Source: Polyangiaceae bacterium
GTDB lineage: Bacteria > Myxococcota_A > Polyangia > Polyangiales > Polyangiaceae
Assembly: GCA_965222375.1 (NCBI GenBank)
Contig: CBDCTZ010000014.1
Coordinates: 896,001-960,000 of the forward strand
Direction of reading: 5' to 3'
DNA length: 64,000 nt
Both the position numbers and the translations under genes were made by a program. The notes below the pieces were generated by a model that did no database searches, was not told the origin of the DNA, and was given only the letters and a program-made list of their open reading frames with translations. Each line of letters begins with the position of its first letter. Within the stretch, counting starts at the first letter, position 1. Below, one piece after another: positions 10,745 through 20,564 of the stretch.

Positions 10745-12628
10745 CTACTGGGCTTCGTCGGGCCCCACGTCGTGAGCTGCGCCCTTCGGCCGCGCTTCGC
10801 CATCGATGTCCAGGGCTGGCGCATCCGTGGCGATGCCCTTGTCGATGGCGGGGGAGCCTGCCTGCAGATGGTAGGTGGCATCCACCAAGGGATCCGCGCT
10901 GAAGTTTCCGGAGACGGGCCCTAGCTGGGCGGCCAAGGCGTTTACATCCGCATCGGTCTTCTTGAGAGAGACGTTTTGACCATTCCAGAAGTGATACAGA
11001 GCATCGAGGGAGGTCGGCGTCGGCAAGAAGAACAAGTTGTTCTGAAGCGTCTCCGGGTGAGCCTGGCGCACGCTTGGGTTGGTAACCTTCACCTCGTACA
11101 CCCCGAAGCGTTGTCCCCCGGAACCCGCCGCCAAGATGTTGTTGATGATGCGGCCCACGGTTGCCACCTTGCCGCAGCAATCGCCGTGCTGCAGTGCGAT
11201 GGCCGCAGTGATGCCGGACCCGTTGCCGCCGCCGTCCAGGTAGTTGGAGTTCACAATGACCGTGCCTGTGGGTTGCTCGAACTCCCCCAAGAACAGGCCG
11301 ACACCGCGGCTGTGATTCGCGCCAAAAGACACGTTGTTGGTGATGATCGTCGTCGAGCTTTCGCTGCGAATGCCGCCGCACCAGTTCTTGCTCACGGCGC
11401 ACTTGGGTCGGGACGTCGCGTCGACGTTGATCTTGTTCGAATCAATCGTCGCAATGCCGCTGACGTTGATGCCCCAGGAGCTCCAGTCGAGGCCTTCCCC
11501 GCCCACGATGTCGTTGGCTGCGATGGTCGTGCCTTTGCCCGAGTCGTGGATCAACAAAGCGCTGGTGAACTTGCATTTCCCGCCGCGCACGCGGTTGTTG
11601 ATGATGTCAACGTAGACTTTGCCGGCGCCCTTGGGCGTGGTCGAGGTCAAAATGCCGGCGGACTCCGTGTTCGGGGCGTTGCCCGCAGTGATGTCGTTGT
11701 TTTCGATCAGCGCCCCCTGAAGACTGTTTGAAGGCGCAATGACTGCGATGCCGACTGCACGCCCGCCGGGCCAGAGCCCGCCCTGGGCATCCCCACCCTC
11801 GATGGTGTTGTTGACCAAAGTGGGCGTGCCACCGAGGACGGTGATACCTGCAGTGCCCGGGAATGTATTGCCGAAGTCGCCGTCCAGGCCAACCACTCGG
11901 AACCCATCCAGGCGCGTGGCGCGAGTAATCGTCGCGTCCACCGAAACGCCTTGCATGTCTTTGTTCACGATGGCGGAGTCGTAGGTCTTCGGGTCTCGAA
12001 GCCAACTGCACGGCTGTGCCGTACATGAAAAGCCGCCTACGAGACTGATACCTTCGACCAGAGTCACTTTCTCGTTGTACTTGCCCTCGGCAACGAAGAC
12101 AGCGATGGGACTGGGTGTGGTCTGCGCTGCCACGATGGCTTGAGCATTCTTGATGCCCTGAAGGATCGACTTGACCGGCTTGTCCTTGGTGCCCGGGTAG
12201 TTCGGATCGCCGTCCTTGCCGGTCAATTCCGACACGTAGGTACCCAGGCCGGTGCAACCATTGTCCACAGTGGTGTCGCAGTCGTTGTCCACCAGGTCGC
12301 CGCAAACTTCCGGATTGCCCGGAAAGGCGGTTGCGTCATTGTCGTCACAGTCGCCGTCGCAGTCGGTCGTGCCGTCGTTGTCGTTATCGGAGCACAGGAT
12401 CTCCGGGCCGGAATCCATGCCCGCGCTTCCTGCGGCGCCCGCGCCGGCGTCCTGGCCGCCGGCTCCACTCTGCCCGCCGCTGCCGGAAGTGCCGCCTTGG
12501 CCGGCGGAGGCCTCGACCCCCGCGTCCTTCTTAGTAGAGCTGAAGGTACTGTCCTCCCCGGAGCAGCCAATGAAACTAGCTGCACCCAGTGCCAATGCGC
12601 TCGCCGAGAGCCCGATCACTCGCCGCAT
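10745..12628 (-). CDS. Secreted lipoprotein with MopE-like Cys/Asp metal-binding repeat and parallel beta-helix domain
   Basis: Signal peptide with Cys, Gly-rich linker, DCDDNDATAFPGNPEVCGDLVDNDCD, PGTKDKPVKSI, and C-terminal YHLQAGSPAIDKG..DVGPDE. SD AGGAGG upstream of ATG 12628. Confidence 0.75.
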   Translation of the reverse strand: MRRVIGLSASALALGAASFIGCSGEDSTFSSTKKDAGVEASAGQGGTSGSGGQSGAGGQDAGAGAAGSAGMDSGPEILCSDNDNDGTTDCDGDCDDNDATAFPGNPEVCGDLVDNDCDTTVDNGCTGLGTYVSELTGKDGDPNYPGTKDKPVKSILQGIKNAQAIVAAQTTPSPIAVFVAEGKYNEKVTLVEGISLVGGFSCTAQPCSWLRDPKTYDSAIVNKDMQGVSVDATITRATRLDGFRVVGLDGDFGNTFPGTAGITVLGGTPTLVNNTIEGGDAQGGLWPGGRAVGIAVIAPSNSLQGALIENNDITAGNAPNTESAGILTSTTPKGAGKVYVDIINNRVRGGKCKFTSALLIHDSGKGTTIAANDIVGGEGLDWSSWGINVSGIATIDSNKINVDATSRPKCAVSKNWCGGIRSESSTTIITNNVSFGANHSRGVGLFLGEFEQPTGTVIVNSNYLDGGGNGSGITAAIALQHGDCCGKVATVGRIINNILAAGSGGQRFGVYEVKVTNPSVRQAHPETLQNNLFFLPTPTSLDALYHFWNGQNVSLKKTDADVNALAAQLGPVSGNFSADPLVDATYHLQAGSPAIDKGIATDAPALDIDGEARPKGAAHDVGPDEAQ

Positions 12629-12731
12629 GATCCTACCTCCTAAGTAAGTGCGGGCCCCGCCCACGAAGCCCACCCACATCCCAGTATACGCCCCGGCGTG
12701 GGTTCACTCCAGCGAGCGTCGTCACAACACT

Positions 12732-12797
12732 TGTCGCACATGGTGCGCATGTCTTCGCGCACCACGCTTGTGCTACGCTGTCGCACATGGTGCGCAT
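12732..12797 (+). repeat. 19-bp direct repeat TGTCGCACATGGTGCGCAT, two copies
   Basis: Exact copies at 12732-12750 and 12779-12797; the second contains the downstream start codon. Confidence 0.85.
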
Positions 12798-13392
12798 CGC
12801 GCAGTTCGCGTGTTTTTTCTCCGTACTTTGTTCGCTCGTCGTCGCTTGTGGCGGCGAGGACTTTACGAGCGGCTCCGGGGGCGCACCGGGAACCGGGGCT
12901 ACGAGTGGCGGTGGTGCGGTCGGGAGCGGCGGCGGAGGCGGCAGTGCGGGCGGTCCAATCACCGGCACCTGCCCGGCAGCGCCCAGTGCGGGTCTGAGCT
13001 GTACCAGCGAAGACCTTATTTGCACCTACGGCACGGAGCCACGGCCCTGTCAGCGCGCGATCTGGAAGTGTACTGGGGGCGCCTTCGCCCAGATGAACCT
13101 GCCATGTGCTGCGGCCCTCAAGTGCCCATCGGACGTCGAGTCCGGCGACTCCTGCTCGGTCGCGAAGGTCTGCCCGGCGTGGGGCGAGCTGTGCGGCTGC
13201 GACATTCAATTGTCTCAATGGGCCTGCGTGGGCCCCGGCGCAGGATGTCTTCCGGTCGTGCCAAACGCCGGCACGTCGTGTCTAACCGATGGCCAGGAGT
13301 GCATCTATGGGGAGTGCAAGGTCACCGATGACGACGAGGTGCGGGCGAAGTGCGAAAAGGGCGTTTGGACCTGGCAACGCAAGCAGTGTTGA
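12787..13392 (+). CDS. Cys-rich lipoprotein, hypothetical
   Basis: Lipobox LVVAC, Gly linker, and CP..P..G.SC repeats. Confidence 0.75.
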   Translation: MVRIAQFACFFSVLCSLVVACGGEDFTSGSGGAPGTGATSGGGAVGSGGGGGSAGGPITGTCPAAPSAGLSCTSEDLICTYGTEPRPCQRAIWKCTGGAFAQMNLPCAAALKCPSDVESGDSCSVAKVCPAWGELCGCDIQLSQWACVGPGAGCLPVVPNAGTSCLTDGQECIYGECKVTDDDEVRAKCEKGVWTWQRKQC

Positions 13393-13464
13393 TTGGCGAA
13401 GTCTGCGTCGCGCCGAGGCTGGCTCTAGGCTGACTAGGGAGACACAAACCTCCCCAAACCAAAC

Positions 13465-13493
13465 AAAAAAGAGGCCGCTCCGATGACGGGCCT
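13465..13493 (-). terminator. Intrinsic terminator for the 13498-14211 gene
   Basis: On the minus strand an AGGCC...GGCCT stem is followed by CTTTTTT, immediately after the stop codon. Confidence 0.6.
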
Positions 13494-13497
13494 GGTG

Positions 13498-14211
13498 CTA
13501 GCTAAGCCGGATGTTGCGCAGCATGCCTTCACCATCCGTGCACAGCCACAGCTCTCCGTCGCTCGCTACGCAGAGCCCCTCGGGCACGTCGTGCTTCGAA
13601 GAAGCGACGGAGTGCAGCGCCTCGGTTTCGAGTTTGTCGTTACGGATGGCGAGGGTGGCGATGCACCCTGCTCGGCCTCCGACGAGATACAGGCGCTCCC
13701 CGTCGGCACTGACCGCGAGGTCGTTCAATTCGGACAGGGCGCGGCGCGCATCTTTGGGCAACTTGGCGATCAGGCGCGGCTCGAGGGTCTCGGCGTCGAA
13801 GAAGCCCACGCTGGCGGGCTTGCGCTGGTGCGCTGCCACAATCTCGCCTTCACGACAGGCGATCCCCTCCCAGCCTTGGTTTTTCTTGTTGTTGAGTCGC
13901 GGCAAGGTGCCAAGGCGCTGTCCGTCTTTTAGGTCCCCGCTATCCAGCGAGAAACGCCAGACGCTGCCATCGCGCTCGGCCAGCACGAAAACCGTGCGTC
14001 CGTCGGCGCTGGCGCAAATCCCTTCCAGATCCGCCATGCCCTTGCCTGCTTCCAAGGGTGCGGGTGAGGACCCCAGCTGGCAGCGAAAGATGCCGTGCTC
14101 GTCATCGACCACCAGAAAAGTCTCGTCGCTGATTTCGACGAGACCACTGGCCTCTTGCACACCGAGTGCAGACTCGCTGACGACTGTTGCCCGCGGGATC
14201 TTCTTGGCCAT
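13498..14211 (-). CDS. SdiA-regulated/YjiK-like beta-propeller protein
   Basis: EASGL, DLEGI, NQGWEGIA and PEGL blade motifs. Confidence 0.65.
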   Translation of the reverse strand: MAKKIPRATVVSESALGVQEASGLVEISDETFLVVDDEHGIFRCQLGSSPAPLEAGKGMADLEGICASADGRTVFVLAERDGSVWRFSLDSGDLKDGQRLGTLPRLNNKKNQGWEGIACREGEIVAAHQRKPASVGFFDAETLEPRLIAKLPKDARRALSELNDLAVSADGERLYLVGGRAGCIATLAIRNDKLETEALHSVASSKHDVPEGLCVASDGELWLCTDGEGMLRNIRLS

Positions 14212-14226
14212 GTGCGCTTCAGCCCA

Positions 14227-15771
14227 TCAATTGTGCAGGACGAACGAGGTCGCGGGCTCCTTTGATGGTCGCCAGCGGACCCCATGCCAACCAGCTGGAA
14301 CTCGCGGTTCGGTCCACTCGTAGAGCCACTTGCCGTCGATGGGGGAGACGTTGACGCAGCCGGCGCTCTTCTTGCTGCCCCAGTCATCGTGCCAATAGGC
14401 GCCATGCAACGCGTGGGGGCCGCTGAAATTCTGGGTCCAGGGCACATCGGTATGGATGAACTCGTCGGGTGCCACCATGGTTGCGGTCGCGAACTTGCCG
14501 GTGATCTTGAAGGTCCCCGTCGGAGTCGATGCGGTCTCCAGGGGGTCCTTGCCCGGGACCGGTGTGCCACCTCGGCCCGGTGAGATCAGGGTGGCGTATA
14601 CCGCCTTGGTTCCTTCGTAGGCGATCATCCAGCCGCCCCAGATGCTTGCCTGGAGCCAAGTGCGGTGGCCCTTGGGAGCGTTGTCGTTGTCCGGGCCCCC
14701 AAGCGCTGCGCCCCAAGGCGTCGCTTCTTGCGGCTTGGGCACGACGCCGTCCTTGGACAAGAGCCAGAACTTGCCGTCTCGAGTTTGCAGGTAGGTGTCT
14801 CCGTCCTGCTTCATCTCTTTGCCGGATAGCTCGACCCAGGAAAGCCGGGGGAAGACCGAGTTGGTCTTTTTCAACTGCTCGCCCTCGAGCTCGTAGCGCG
14901 GGCGGTCTTTGCCACGGAAAAACGCGAGGGGCAGCTTGGCGTCCTTTCCGAGCTTCACGCCGCGGAATTTCACCTTGGGATAGGGAACGACGCGATCCTT
15001 GGGGACCCACATCAGATCCCCCATCAACAAGAAGTCGCGATCCGCATGGCGCTGCTGCGCCGTCCACGTCACCGTCGACATCGGCAACAGCCGCTTGCGA
15101 GGTTCGTGCACGGTGCTCGGCAGCTTGCCCAATACGATCGGCGTCGTGGGCGCTGGATCCAAGCTGACACCTTTGAGGGAGTCGTGGAGCTTGTCCCCCG
15201 AACGCGCGGCAGCGACCCGGGCGGTGTGGTCAGGCAGATCCCATTCACGCTTTCGCTGGGCTTGTGGAGAAGGCAACGACTTGTAGCGCTGAGCTCCTCG
15301 GGACTCGCCGTATTCGTGGGGCCAAGGCGTGTCCAGGCGTGGGCCGTATTTCTGCACGACCTTCACTGCCGGGTCGTTGGGATCCGTCGTGGCGCGTACG
15401 CCGTCAGCGCACACCCAGCCCCTAGGCTCGACAGCGACCCACTTGGTGCAATTGCCGGCGGCCACGCTGTCGGGCTTGCGCAACTTCGCGCTGCCTCCCA
15501 GCCACAGGTACCCAATCCAGCCCTTGGCGCCAGGTTGAGCGTGCACCCACACAAATCGACTCTTGGCGTAGACCCGAGGTTCCTGCGGCGCCGGAGGTTT
15601 CGCTGCTGGGTCACTCTTCACTTTGTCTTTGGCCGCGGGTTGAGCGGCCTTCGTCGACGCGGCGGGCTTGGCTGACGTGGTCGGCTTGGCTTGTCCCGCA
15701 TCGGGCTCACGACTAGCGCAGGCCGCAAGGCCGATCCCCAACAGGGTCAGAGCAGACACAGGCGCGCGCAC
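14227..15771 (-). CDS. L,D-transpeptidase family lipoprotein
   Basis: Lipobox LAAC; C-terminal TPTGTF..ALHGAYWH..SAGCVN catalytic motif. Confidence 0.9.
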   Translation of the reverse strand: MRAPVSALTLLGIGLAACASREPDAGQAKPTTSAKPAASTKAAQPAAKDKVKSDPAAKPPAPQEPRVYAKSRFVWVHAQPGAKGWIGYLWLGGSAKLRKPDSVAAGNCTKWVAVEPRGWVCADGVRATTDPNDPAVKVVQKYGPRLDTPWPHEYGESRGAQRYKSLPSPQAQRKREWDLPDHTARVAAARSGDKLHDSLKGVSLDPAPTTPIVLGKLPSTVHEPRKRLLPMSTVTWTAQQRHADRDFLLMGDLMWVPKDRVVPYPKVKFRGVKLGKDAKLPLAFFRGKDRPRYELEGEQLKKTNSVFPRLSWVELSGKEMKQDGDTYLQTRDGKFWLLSKDGVVPKPQEATPWGAALGGPDNDNAPKGHRTWLQASIWGGWMIAYEGTKAVYATLISPGRGGTPVPGKDPLETASTPTGTFKITGKFATATMVAPDEFIHTDVPWTQNFSGPHALHGAYWHDDWGSKKSAGCVNVSPIDGKWLYEWTEPRVPAGWHGVRWRPSKEPATSFVLHN

Positions 15772-15865
15772 CCAAAAGCCTTAACGCGGCCGGCGGCCTG
15801 CTGCCAACTCGGTGGCGCCGAACGCGCGTATTCGCGCCACCCGCGCTGACTGCTAGGCTGCCGGC

Positions 15866-16570
15866 GTGGAGGCGCTGGTCAACGAGCCCCGAAGCGCGGC
15901 GGAACTGCTCGCTCGCGCCGAGACTCTCGCGGGTCGGACCCTGGGTGCACTGGCCCAAGAGCATGCCATCGCTCTGCCGCCGGATTTGCGCCGCCACAAG
16001 GGCTTCGTGGGCGAGATGATCGAGCGGCTGCTGGGCGCCACGGCCGGCTCTCGTGCCGAGCCGGACTTTGCGGGCTTGGGTATCGAGCTCAAGACGCTGC
16101 CCATTGGCGCGTCGGGGCGGCCCTGTGAGTCGACCTTCGTCTGCACGATTCCGCCTGGAGAAATCGGTGACGTGGAGTGGGAAGTGTCGCGGGTGCGACG
16201 CAAGCTACTGCGGGTGCTGTGGATCCCCGTGGAAGGTGCGCGAGAGGTGCCGCTCGCGTCTCGGCACGTGGGCAGCCCCCTGCTGTGGAGCCCAAGCCCC
16301 CAAGATGAAGCCGATCTGCGCTTCGACTGGGAAGAGCTCGCGGGCTTGATCGGGCGGGGCGAGCACGAGTCCATCACGGGCCATCTGGGCAAGTGGCTGC
16401 AGGTGCGGCCGAAAGCGGCCAACAGCAGCGCCCGGCGCCGAGCCTTCGACGCCGAAGGCGGCATCATTGATGCGCTGCCCCGGGGCTTCTACCTGCGAGC
16501 CCAGTTCACGGCTCGGATCGTGGACGCGGCGTACGTCACGCCGCCGGCGCCACCTAGCCGCGAGGCGTGA
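15866..16570 (+). CDS. mutH: MutH/Sau3AI-family endonuclease
   Basis: KGFVGEMIERLLGA..EPDF..GIELKTLP, ESTFVC, VLWIPVEG, LQVRPKAAN and PRGFYLR closely follow MutH. Confidence 0.85.
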   Translation: MEALVNEPRSAAELLARAETLAGRTLGALAQEHAIALPPDLRRHKGFVGEMIERLLGATAGSRAEPDFAGLGIELKTLPIGASGRPCESTFVCTIPPGEIGDVEWEVSRVRRKLLRVLWIPVEGAREVPLASRHVGSPLLWSPSPQDEADLRFDWEELAGLIGRGEHESITGHLGKWLQVRPKAANSSARRRAFDAEGGIIDALPRGFYLRAQFTARIVDAAYVTPPAPPSREA

Positions 16571-16952
16571 CCCGCTCGAGCAGCAGGCGGCACACGTCGG
16601 TCAGCGTGAGCACGCCGCTCAGGGCATCGTTTTCGGTGATGACGGCGCTGCTGATGTGGCGCTCAATCAGGTTCTCGAGCACTTCGTTCAGTGGCGTGTC
16701 GTGCGCCACGACGTAAGCCGGCATGTGGCAGACTTCGCGCACCATCACCGGCGGCGCTTCGCCTTCGGAAAGCGCGCCGGCCACCTGAATGTCCCGGTCC
16801 GTCAACACGCCGACAATCTTGTGGTCCTTCATGACGGGCAAATGCCGAATGTCGTGCTCGTCCATCAGCACCCGTGCGGCGACGACATCCGCCGAGATGT
16901 CGATGGAGTGGGGGAACGGGGTCATGACTTTGCCGACGGGGGGAGTACGCAT
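16554..16952 (-). CDS. CBS-domain protein
   Basis: Two CBS repeats (MDEHDIRHLPV..GVLTDRD; GVLTLTD). Confidence 0.88.
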   Translation of the reverse strand: MRTPPVGKVMTPFPHSIDISADVVAARVLMDEHDIRHLPVMKDHKIVGVLTDRDIQVAGALSEGEAPPVMVREVCHMPAYVVAHDTPLNEVLENLIERHISSAVITENDALSGVLTLTDVCRLLLERVTPRG

Positions 16953-17038
16953 GAAAACCTCGCCCCCCGCATAGCATTTCTCGAGGTAGCGCGTCTCGGC
17001 CCGGCGGCGCCGGTCGTGCGGGCGCTCTGCCCAGCCCG

Positions 17039-17878
17039 TCAGGGCCGCGTCAGGTTCCGCTTGCCCCGGTTGGGTGCCGGCCCGGCCGAGTCGGACTTCA
17101 GCGGAGCGATGCCCCAGTGGAAGTGGTCGTGATGGTCGGCGTTGTAATCCGGGGTGAGCATCTCTTTGAAGCGCTTGGTGCGCTTCAGCTCGCACGCCAA
17201 TCGGTTGAGCACTGGCGCGGTAGGAGCGCAGCCGTTCGTCAGGCCCCGGCTGAAGCTCGTCTTGACCTCGTGCCACTTGCCATTGGCTTTGGCTGCGTGC
17301 ACGTCCACGGCCAAGCCATAGGCGTGCAGACTGAGTCGCCCAACCCGGCTTCTACGGTACACGTACGCACCCGAGAAGCGCAGCGCCGTGATCGAAAGCG
17401 CGCTGAGGATCGGTGCGGTCTCTGCCAAGGTCACGGCCATGCGGCAGTCCAGCTCCAAGGGCAGGCCGGCGCCGGCGACGTATCGGACTCCGCCGATGGC
17501 ACCGCTGACGACGACGGGGGTTTGAACACCTTTGCGTGCATCGAGACGTGAAAAGGACACGCCGAGCTGCTGCAGCCGAGACAGGCATGCGTCTCCGGGT
17601 GGCGGCTGGAGCGAAGACACGGCCGGGACCGGAGAGCTCGGTGGCGGTGACGTCGGCGGGGTGGGGCTGGCGGCAACGCTGAAGGTTGCCGGCGCGACCT
17701 TGGCGGGGCTGTTCGTCGGTCCGCTGGTGATCGCTCCGGGGCCGTTCGCCTGAGCGACTTGCGGTGGCCAGGCGTAGCCCTCGGCGTGGACGCCAACTCG
17801 CGGCGGAGTTTCCGCGGGTACGGGTTCGCGAATACAACCCACCGCCGCCAAGGGCAGCACTAGAAGGAGACTGCGCAT
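17039..17878 (-). CDS. Extensin-like C-terminal domain lipoprotein (putative Zn peptidase fold)
   Basis: Lipobox AVGC, Pro-rich linker, SLHAYGLAVD and LTPDYNADHHDHFH. Confidence 0.8.
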   Translation of the reverse strand: MRSLLLVLPLAAVGCIREPVPAETPPRVGVHAEGYAWPPQVAQANGPGAITSGPTNSPAKVAPATFSVAASPTPPTSPPPSSPVPAVSSLQPPPGDACLSRLQQLGVSFSRLDARKGVQTPVVVSGAIGGVRYVAGAGLPLELDCRMAVTLAETAPILSALSITALRFSGAYVYRRSRVGRLSLHAYGLAVDVHAAKANGKWHEVKTSFSRGLTNGCAPTAPVLNRLACELKRTKRFKEMLTPDYNADHHDHFHWGIAPLKSDSAGPAPNRGKRNLTRP

Positions 17879-17932
17879 GTAGGTTTTTGTCCCACATCTG
17901 GCAAATCTGGCCAAAATACAGGCGAAACCGGG

Positions 17933-18853
17933 GTGTGCGTCACGCCCGTCGGGGTCTACATTATTGAAGTGCGCCCCAGACCTCGCCCCCGGCCGGCTGC
18001 TTTGCGCTCGGTGAGGCCGGGCTTCATGGCGGTCACGGTACTCAGCGCGTTGCTGGTGACGCCCGCGATCGGTTGGCTGGCGGAGAACCTGGTGGATGAA
18101 CGAGCCGCCCAGGCGGCCGAGTTCGAGGCCGTGCAAGAGCGCGTCCGAGAGGATCTGGCGAAGCTGGGCATGGTGGAGTCCACGGCGCCGGCGGCCAGCC
18201 GCGTTTCGTCCAGTGGCGTCGCTCTGCTGAGCGCCCAAAGGCCCTTTTCCCTTTCGCTAGCGAATGGCGTGCTCGCGGGAAAGCCAGCGCCTCAGGCGCA
18301 AGAGCAACGCGTCGCTCAGATCGTCGCTGAGGAACTGGCTCGCTACCCCTCGGGTTTTCTTGCCGAACACCGATTGCTGCGGGTTGTTTTGGTTGGGGAT
18401 CTTACGGAGGCGGGGCTCCCAATTCCGTCGCTGCCCAACCTGGAGCAGAGCCTGGTCCTCGATGTCGACGGGCCGGAGCCGTTCTTGCGCCGACTGATTC
18501 ACCACGAGGTCTATCACTTCGTGGACTATGCCGTGGACGACCAGGTGAAGCGGGATCCCGCGTGGCAGGCGTTGAATGACCGCTACTTCGTGTACGGCTC
18601 GGGTGGGCGCTTCGTGCGACACGGCAGCGCGTCGCGTTTTGGCAGCGGCGGGAAGGGCTTCGTCACCGAATACGCGCGCAGCGGCCTGGAGGAAGACAAA
18701 GCCGAGACCTACGCCTTCTTGCTCACCGCACCTGGCAAGATGCGACGGCGCATGGCGGCAGACGCGACGTTGGAGAAGAAAGGCCGCGCTCTGATCGCCA
18801 GCCTGGAGCGACGGGACCCGCGCACTCGCTCGCTATTCGGCGAGCGGCGCTGA
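17933..18853 (+). CDS. Membrane-anchored putative zinc metallopeptidase (start uncertain)
   Basis: N-terminal TM segment, HHEVYH (HExxH), and GFVTEYA..EEDKAE third-ligand motif. Confidence 0.72.
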   Translation: MCVTPVGVYIIEVRPRPRPRPAALRSVRPGFMAVTVLSALLVTPAIGWLAENLVDERAAQAAEFEAVQERVREDLAKLGMVESTAPAASRVSSSGVALLSAQRPFSLSLANGVLAGKPAPQAQEQRVAQIVAEELARYPSGFLAEHRLLRVVLVGDLTEAGLPIPSLPNLEQSLVLDVDGPEPFLRRLIHHEVYHFVDYAVDDQVKRDPAWQALNDRYFVYGSGGRFVRHGSASRFGSGGKGFVTEYARSGLEEDKAETYAFLLTAPGKMRRRMAADATLEKKGRALIASLERRDPRTRSLFGERR

Positions 18854-18857
18854 GAAG

Positions 18858-20036
18858 ATGGCCAACATCGGCTACATCCAGGTCGTTCGGCACTGCAATC
18901 ACTTCTGCGGCTTCTGCTCCAATCCGACGACACCCTACGAGCACACCTTCGAAACCATGAAGGAGCTCGTCGACGACTTCGTCGAGCGTGACTACTTCGG
19001 GGTCATCTTGACCGGCGGTGAGCCCAGCCTGCACCCGGAGCTGCCGCGCATCACCGAATATGCGCGCCAGTGTGGTCTGCACGTGCGCATGATCACCAAC
19101 GGGACCCGGCTGGCCGAGCCGGAGTTCGCCAAGCAGCTGGCGGATGCGGGGCTGGAGCTGGTCCACGTCTCCGTGTACTCGGTGCGCCCCGAGGTCGAAG
19201 CGAAGATCCGTGGCGTGGCGGGCACCGTGGAGCGAGCCATGCTGGCGATAGAAAACGCCCATCGCTTCGGCATCGACGTGAACGTCAACTGCGTCATCAA
19301 TCGCATGAACGCCGATCACCTCGATGACAACATCCGCTACTTCATCGAGCACCACCCGTACATTCGCCACTTCGTGTGGAACAACCTCGATCCGAGCATG
19401 GGCCGAGCCGAGGTGAATCAAGAAGAGTTCACCCCGAAGCTGGCGGAGTTCGAAAGCTCCCTGTATCGGGCGCTAGCCTTGCTGCATCAGTCCGGGCGCA
19501 CCTTCCGCGTGGAACGCGTGCCGCTTTGCTACATGACGGAGTTTGCCTGGGCCAGCACGGAGACGCGCAAGATCGTGAAGGGCGAGGAGCGCATCGTGCA
19601 TTTCTTGGATGCCAAGCAGACCGTGCGCCAAACCAGCTGGGGGCACATCTATTCCGAGGGCTGTGGGCGCTGCAGCTTGCGCACGATTTGCGGTGGGCTC
19701 TTCGATCGCGGCGACGCCTACGATCCCGCAGAGCTCGCGCCCGTCTTCGTTTCCCGGGATGCGATCGTCAAACACGTGCTCTTCGACGGCACGGATCCGA
19801 CCGCGCGCTTCGCGAGCTTCGAGGAGTGGCGCGAGGATTTCGAGGCTCGCTGCGAAGAAACCCTCGCGGGGGCTCACTCCAAAGATCCGCGCCCGGCGGA
19901 CGCGCCCCCCGTGGGCGTGGTGAATGAGTCCAGCTTGAAGCGCTACGCCAAGCGCCGTGGCGGTGAAGCGAAACGCGCCGAGCGCCAGGGCGTTGCGTTG
20001 GAGCAGGAAGCGGAAGTGGATCCTCCGGTGCGTTAG
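18858..20036 (+). CDS. Radical SAM protein with C-terminal Cys cluster
   Basis: CNHFCGFC (CX3CX2C), TGGEP, ITNG, VPLCYM and CGRCSLRTICGG. Confidence 0.9.
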   Translation: MANIGYIQVVRHCNHFCGFCSNPTTPYEHTFETMKELVDDFVERDYFGVILTGGEPSLHPELPRITEYARQCGLHVRMITNGTRLAEPEFAKQLADAGLELVHVSVYSVRPEVEAKIRGVAGTVERAMLAIENAHRFGIDVNVNCVINRMNADHLDDNIRYFIEHHPYIRHFVWNNLDPSMGRAEVNQEEFTPKLAEFESSLYRALALLHQSGRTFRVERVPLCYMTEFAWASTETRKIVKGEERIVHFLDAKQTVRQTSWGHIYSEGCGRCSLRTICGGLFDRGDAYDPAELAPVFVSRDAIVKHVLFDGTDPTARFASFEEWREDFEARCEETLAGAHSKDPRPADAPPVGVVNESSLKRYAKRRGGEAKRAERQGVALEQEAEVDPPVR

Positions 20037-20564
20037 CTGCACGTGGCGCGATGGCCGCGGCCGCCTGCTTCTCGGTGTCGGTCACGCGGGTTTTTCATTT
20101 CACTTGGCAGCACCGCGTGCCTTTGGGGGCTGCGCGCGCTGCTCGGAGTCCCGACGGGGATGACCGCAAGCTGTGCCCCAGGCGGAGCTTTGGCTGCCGG
20201 TCCCGTGGTCAGCGAGATTCTGCGCTTCTGACGAGGGTTCGGTGGAACACTCCCCTGGCATGTTCCGTGCGTAGCTCCCCTTCGACCGAATCGGCTATCC
20301 TTGGATCTGGTGGACATGGCAGGTGGGTTTTCCTACGCGCCGCCGAAGACAGAGTGGCGGATCGTGAATCCGTGAATCCGAATTGGTGGTCAGACAGCGG
20401 AACTGTGGCGGCGCCAGAGGTGTTGGTGCGGGGACTCCGCTTCACGGGGAACACGGAGAAAGGGAGGTAGAGGAAGCCGGAACCGGATTCCGCAGCGTGG
20501 CTGCTGGTGGCGCGTCGGTTGCGCTTGTTGCGGGTGACGCTCACCGCGCGGGTTGGCGTAAGCG

